A stretch of DNA of 64,000 nt, taken from assembly GCA_002269645.1 (NCBI GenBank), contig NIVC01001509.1:124001-188000 (forward strand), given 5' to 3'. The notes below the pieces were generated by a model. That model had not been told where the DNA came from, searched no databases, and saw nothing but the letters and a program-made list of their open reading frames with translations. Position 1 is the first letter of the stretch. Every line of letters begins with the position of its first letter. A program made the position numbers and the translations under genes. Origin of the DNA: Macrostomum lignano. Lineage: Eukaryota. This document shows positions 59,449 through 64,000 of this stretch, piece after piece.

Positions 59449-62144
59449 TCTGCAATAGAATTCCAACTATTTGGGGTTGTATCCAGAACAGATCGATAGC
59501 TAGATGACAGGCAGTAAATATACGACTGTCGAAATGTCGCGTTTTGACAAGATTTTTTTCACAGTGTCTTTATCCCCATGCCAGGCTCTTCGCCCTAACT
59601 GGCTAGATCTGCCCCCGGCGGTCTGACCCAATAGCAACTGGGCGAGCTCGCGTGCTGTCTGACTCCTTGAGCCACAGATGCGCGAGTTCGAGCTGAGGTC
59701 TGGTCACGTCGTGTGTACTTCAGTTGATAGATTTGAATTGCTATTCATACTCGTACATTTATACATGCTTGGCTTTGAATAATGTTATACATGTACATGT
59801 AGTTAACATTTTATTTATGACTGCACATAGTTTCTCTTGGGATAGGTTGAAGATAGTCAGGCATGCATATAGATTACGGTTAGCTGTCATACGCTCGTAA
59901 AATAAGTAAAAACTTTAAAATTAATGCTTTAAATGGCTTTAGCAATTTCTATAGTTGGTAAACTCCAACAGACTGTCTGAAGCATCGCGATAACCAGACT
60001 TGACTCGTAGTAGCCTCTACGAGCGTGAGGCTGTATGCGTCCCCGACAGAATCAGCCGCGTGTTAAGTGCATGCATTATTTCAGTGCTTGTGTATATTTA
60101 ACGTCATTGATATTGTACGTCATTCTGCTCTTTTAGAATCGTAAATTAAAAATTTACAAAGCGCTAATTTTGCATTTTACTTCAACTTTGACTTTGGTTT
60201 AACCTTGTAGCTATAGTCGATACAGTTGAATCCTGCAGCTATAATCCCCTGAATGTGCCTGAAAATTAGCTACATATACTATAACCTTTGTACTGTGCCG
60301 GCCCGGGTATGTTTCGTTGCATTTCTAAGAAGCAACGAAGGCTATTATGGCAAGTCAGAGATAATCTGTTGTGATGGTTCGTCAATATTAATTAGCATTC
60401 GCATTCGTTTCACAGCCTCTAACATTGTTCTTTTAATGATGTTAGTGGCGAGCTGGTGTTGGTGCTGTATGCTCTTGAATTTATTTTCTCAAGTAATCTC
60501 GACTATTATTGCTACCATGATCAGCGCATTTGCTGCCTATCTGTTGAAATTCGTGCAGCTTCCGATGTGGCTACATAGTACACAAATTTAAGACAAGTAT
60601 AATTCTCAACCTTTTCTGATCGCTAACACATTATCAGTTGTACTAGATGGTCGATGGATCACACAATTGACTTTTTAAAAGGCGTTTACACTATAAAGGC
60701 TCTATAACATACACAAATGCAGACTACATGTACCACACAATATTATTTTAAATTGTTTCAAGTCAAATCACAGTTTTATTTTAAATACTTGCAAAGCGAT
60801 CAACTATTTTTAATCTTCCAGTAACCAAGAGCAAAGCATATTGGACTGGGTTAGGGTTATAAGACTGACTTAATGGTCCGATGTAGTTTTGACTGTTAAC
60901 ATAATATATGATTCTATTTTAGACTTATTCTTTCTAATTACAGTTAGTCCTTCTTCCATAGTGGAGATCAGGCTAAGTAAACACCTGATTGAAAAGCAAA
61001 AAAAACATAATTTCATGGGAATGTACGCCAAACTTCTATACTTTGTTATACTTTTAACATTGCAACGGTAAACGTATTGAATTAAAATACGCCAAACGAT
61101 ACATTAAATATATATACCAAATTTATGACCGGATTTTCGGTTCCCCATTCAGTTCCACGAAACTAAATCAACAAAAAATCAAATGCACACTACAGCAAAT
61201 GCAAGGAAAAGCTTTCTAAAATTAAACTAAAAGCATTTTTGCAATATAACATCTGAGTAGACTTTACACAAAAAAATATATTTTCAATTGAACATCTGTG
61301 AGCTTCATGGCATACCCCGAATGCTGAAATGGAGAGATTTCTTCGTGCTTTTTTATCTGTTGTGGAGACGCATCGTTCGCCACAGCGGCAAAAAACACCT
61401 GGGCTTGTTTGGCAACGCTATGGCAACCTCGACATCTTTTCTTCGTCTGTTGAAAGCACAGAGAAGTGAATTCAAGCGTTGTCGGCATAATGGAAGACCG
61501 AGATGCTGATTGTGTCTGCTGACGTCACAGCGGACCTAAAACACGCCACGGTGCAGACGCACGCTGCCAGCAGTGGTTCATCACACCAGCGGTCTGGTGC
61601 TCCATGTGGAGGAGAACCTTTCATATGAGGGGGCCAGGCCCGAACCCATTGATCAATCCTACGTGTTCTCTATACACTAATCTTTGCAATCTGAACCGTA
61701 TGTCATCACAGCCTTAAAAGGATCCCCTGATAAAAATCCTTCAGTAATGATCCTGGAGTTCCCGATTTGTGCCCAAGCAGAGTCCCATTATTCGGCTGCA
61801 TGCTGCTCCCTGCTAGCTCAAACCCTTGATACCCATCCCAGGCGGGGCTCTGGCACCAGGTCACACAGAGTGGTGACAGCCGTGGGTCATGCAATAACCC
61901 GATTACCAAATTTTCACCTTAAATTAGCTATCGATGGGGCACATGTGGGTCCTTACCCCTCAGGTCTCTATAATAACACCACCAAAAAGCTATCAATAAT
62001 GGGCGGGACAACCTGAAGGCGATCTGTCGGTCATAGCCTGGTCAATAGACGGCTGGCAGCCATCCCTATAGTCATACGATCTGATCCTTCCTCCATGAAA
62101 AGACGGTTCACTGGGGCGATTACATACATGTAAATTATCATATC

Positions 62145-63102
62145 AGTTCGACACTTCATCAGGAGTTCTGCAGGGCGACACTTTAGCGCCGTTTCTCTTC
62201 GTGCTGCTGCTGGACTGGGTGCTTCGGATCGCAGTCCCCTCGGCTAACGACGGCTTCCTGCTGCGCAGACGCATCGGTCGCCGCCACGGCGAAAAGCGCC
62301 TTATATATACGTGCAGCGTGCTCGGCTACGCCGACGACCTCGCCCTCCTGTCCTCGTCCGTTGAAGGCCCAGCGCCAAATCGACAGGTTGGTCGAGGTGG
62401 CATCGAGCGTCGGACTGGTTGTCAACACGCTGAAAACTGAGGTGCTGACTGTGCCGACCGACATCCCAGCGGACCTGACATGTCCTTCGCAGACGGGCAG
62501 ACGACCACGCTCGCACGCTGCCAGCGCGCGGTTCACCTACCTCGGCGGTCTGGTGCCTCACGTGGAGGAAGACCTCCGGAGGCGCCGAGGTCTTGCCTGG
62601 ACAGCCTTCCGTTCAATCCAGGCCGACGTCCAGTCCGAAGCGCTGCCCGACCGCCAGAGGGCACGGCTGTGGCAGGCGGTGGTCGAAGCCGTTACTGCTC
62701 TACAACGCCGAGACGTGGACACTGACGGCTACGCTAGAGCGGCAGCTGGACTCTCGGCGCACTCAGGGCTGCTCTGTGCGGCCTTTCGAGCTGACGAGAG
62801 CGTCAGGACTGAGGCCCTGTACGATCGGGCCAAGCTGCAGCGCCCGTCCACCATCCTGCGCCGGCGGCGACTTCAACTGATGGGTCACACGTACGTGATC
62901 CGGGCAGGCGGGGTCAGGCCCAAACCCGTCGATACGTGAACTGCCTCCTACACGACGTGAGGGCGCCCGACACTGCATGCCAAATGCAACGGGGCGGACT
63001 TCGTCCGCTCTCAGGCGCTGCGGCGCGCCATCTGACGCACCCTGCTCTGTGACTTTGCTTGCGGGGCTGCGTAATTTGTTGTTGTTGTTGTTGTTGTTGT
63101 TA
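62145..63102 (+). mobile_element. 5'-truncated, frameshifted RTE-clade non-LTR retrotransposon with a (TTG)n tail
   Basis: GVLQGDTLAPFLFVLLLDWVLR; LGYADDLALLS; GLVVNTLKTEVL; FTYLGG; LLYNAETWTLT; LQLMGH. Ends in about 8 TTG repeats at 63075-63102. Confidence 0.88.
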
Positions 63103-63734
63103 TGAGCTAACTTTAACACTGTATATATTTTTTATTCATTTAAGTAAACCAATTAGTTAAAACAAGTTATACTTCATATAGTCCCCAGGTAAAATTGTTT
63201 TTGTAGATCTTAATAAGAGTAAAAATTAAAATAAACTTCATCTACGCGTATTCAAATATTTAATACCATCATTATAGAGTGATAGTTTGGCTCAGAAAAA
63301 GACTGGCGACCTTAATGCTTATATTTTTATTCTTACTGTATGAAGTTACATGTACATTTCAAAGAAAGCGATAAATTAAATCTTATATTTTATTTAATAT
63401 AATATAAAATTAATATAATATAAATTTATATTAAAAAGAGGTGTGTAAGGAAACTTTCTTTGCCCTAGTGTCTTTTCAACAGGACTTCGAAAGCATGTGC
63501 TTTTGAATTTCATATTCGTGCATAATTCCATAATTCCATATGCACGCTAAAGTGACTGATACAAAAAGTACAAAGAAATGTAAAATTATTTATCAAAAAG
63601 TATAATTCAATATAAGACAACACTTTTTATTTTAATTTTTTTGGTGCAATTGTAGCACAAAAGTTTTTACTTTGTTTATACACATACTATTTAGAGGAAA
63701 TCCGGAATAAAATAATTTAAATTTCGGAACTGAA

Positions 63735-64000
63735 CGTACTGGATAAAGAATACGTCCCTAGACATCACACTCATTCGCAGACTATTTGACGCGCTTGTTA
63801 CCCCCGTTATCACTTACGGTTGTGAGCTCTGGGGCCCTCTGGCTACCATGTCTGATACAAAAGCTATTGATAATATTCAGCTGAAATTCTACAAATATCT
63901 CCTCAATCTACCAAAATTTGCTAGCAACAGTGTGATATCATCAGAACTTGAGCTTACTCCAATCTCTCAACGAATCGCTAAAACCTACCTCATCTACTGG
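63735..64000 (+). mobile_element. Fragment of a second non-LTR retrotransposon (RTE-X/L2-like post-RT region), running off the window end
   Basis: Open frame IRRLFDALVTPVITYGCELWG..IDNIQLKFYKYLLNLPKFASNSVISSELELTPI..IYW, typical of the LINE thumb/C-terminal region. Confidence 0.75.

Noticed and set aside
61288-61509. Short ORF MLKWRDFFVLFYLLWRR
   Set aside because: No recognisable domain, splice partner or codon-bias support.

Overview
This is eukaryotic animal DNA: GC-rich exons are joined by GT-AG introns, and almost every long intron holds its own minisatellite. The architecture suggests a free-living flatworm such as Macrostomum, but that attribution is inference only. Eight protein-coding genes can be reconstructed with phase-consistent splice sites: (1) PSMC6/Rpt4, with its first exon outside the window; (2) a TRIM9/67-like E3 ligase; (3) DEG/ENaC channel 1, which has four -1 frameshifts; (4) a mucin + 2x FN2-like type I membrane protein; (5) a secreted Frizzled-CRD protein fused to about 22 GSGSADRD repeats; (6) a Lys/Asp-rich type I membrane protein; (7) a divergent myosin light chain-like EF-hand protein; (8) DEG/ENaC channel 2. 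Mobile elements are a hAT-type MITE with an 8-bp TSD, a Penelope-like retroelement remnant with a decayed hammerhead ribozyme, a CORE-type tRNA-SINE, an LTR integrase relic and two LINE fragments. About 30 tandem arrays generate most of the long ORFs in the supplied track, and those ORFs are artefacts. The strongest novelty candidates are the CRD/proteoglycan-like protein and the surrounding cluster of low-complexity surface proteins at 35.8-49.8 kb.
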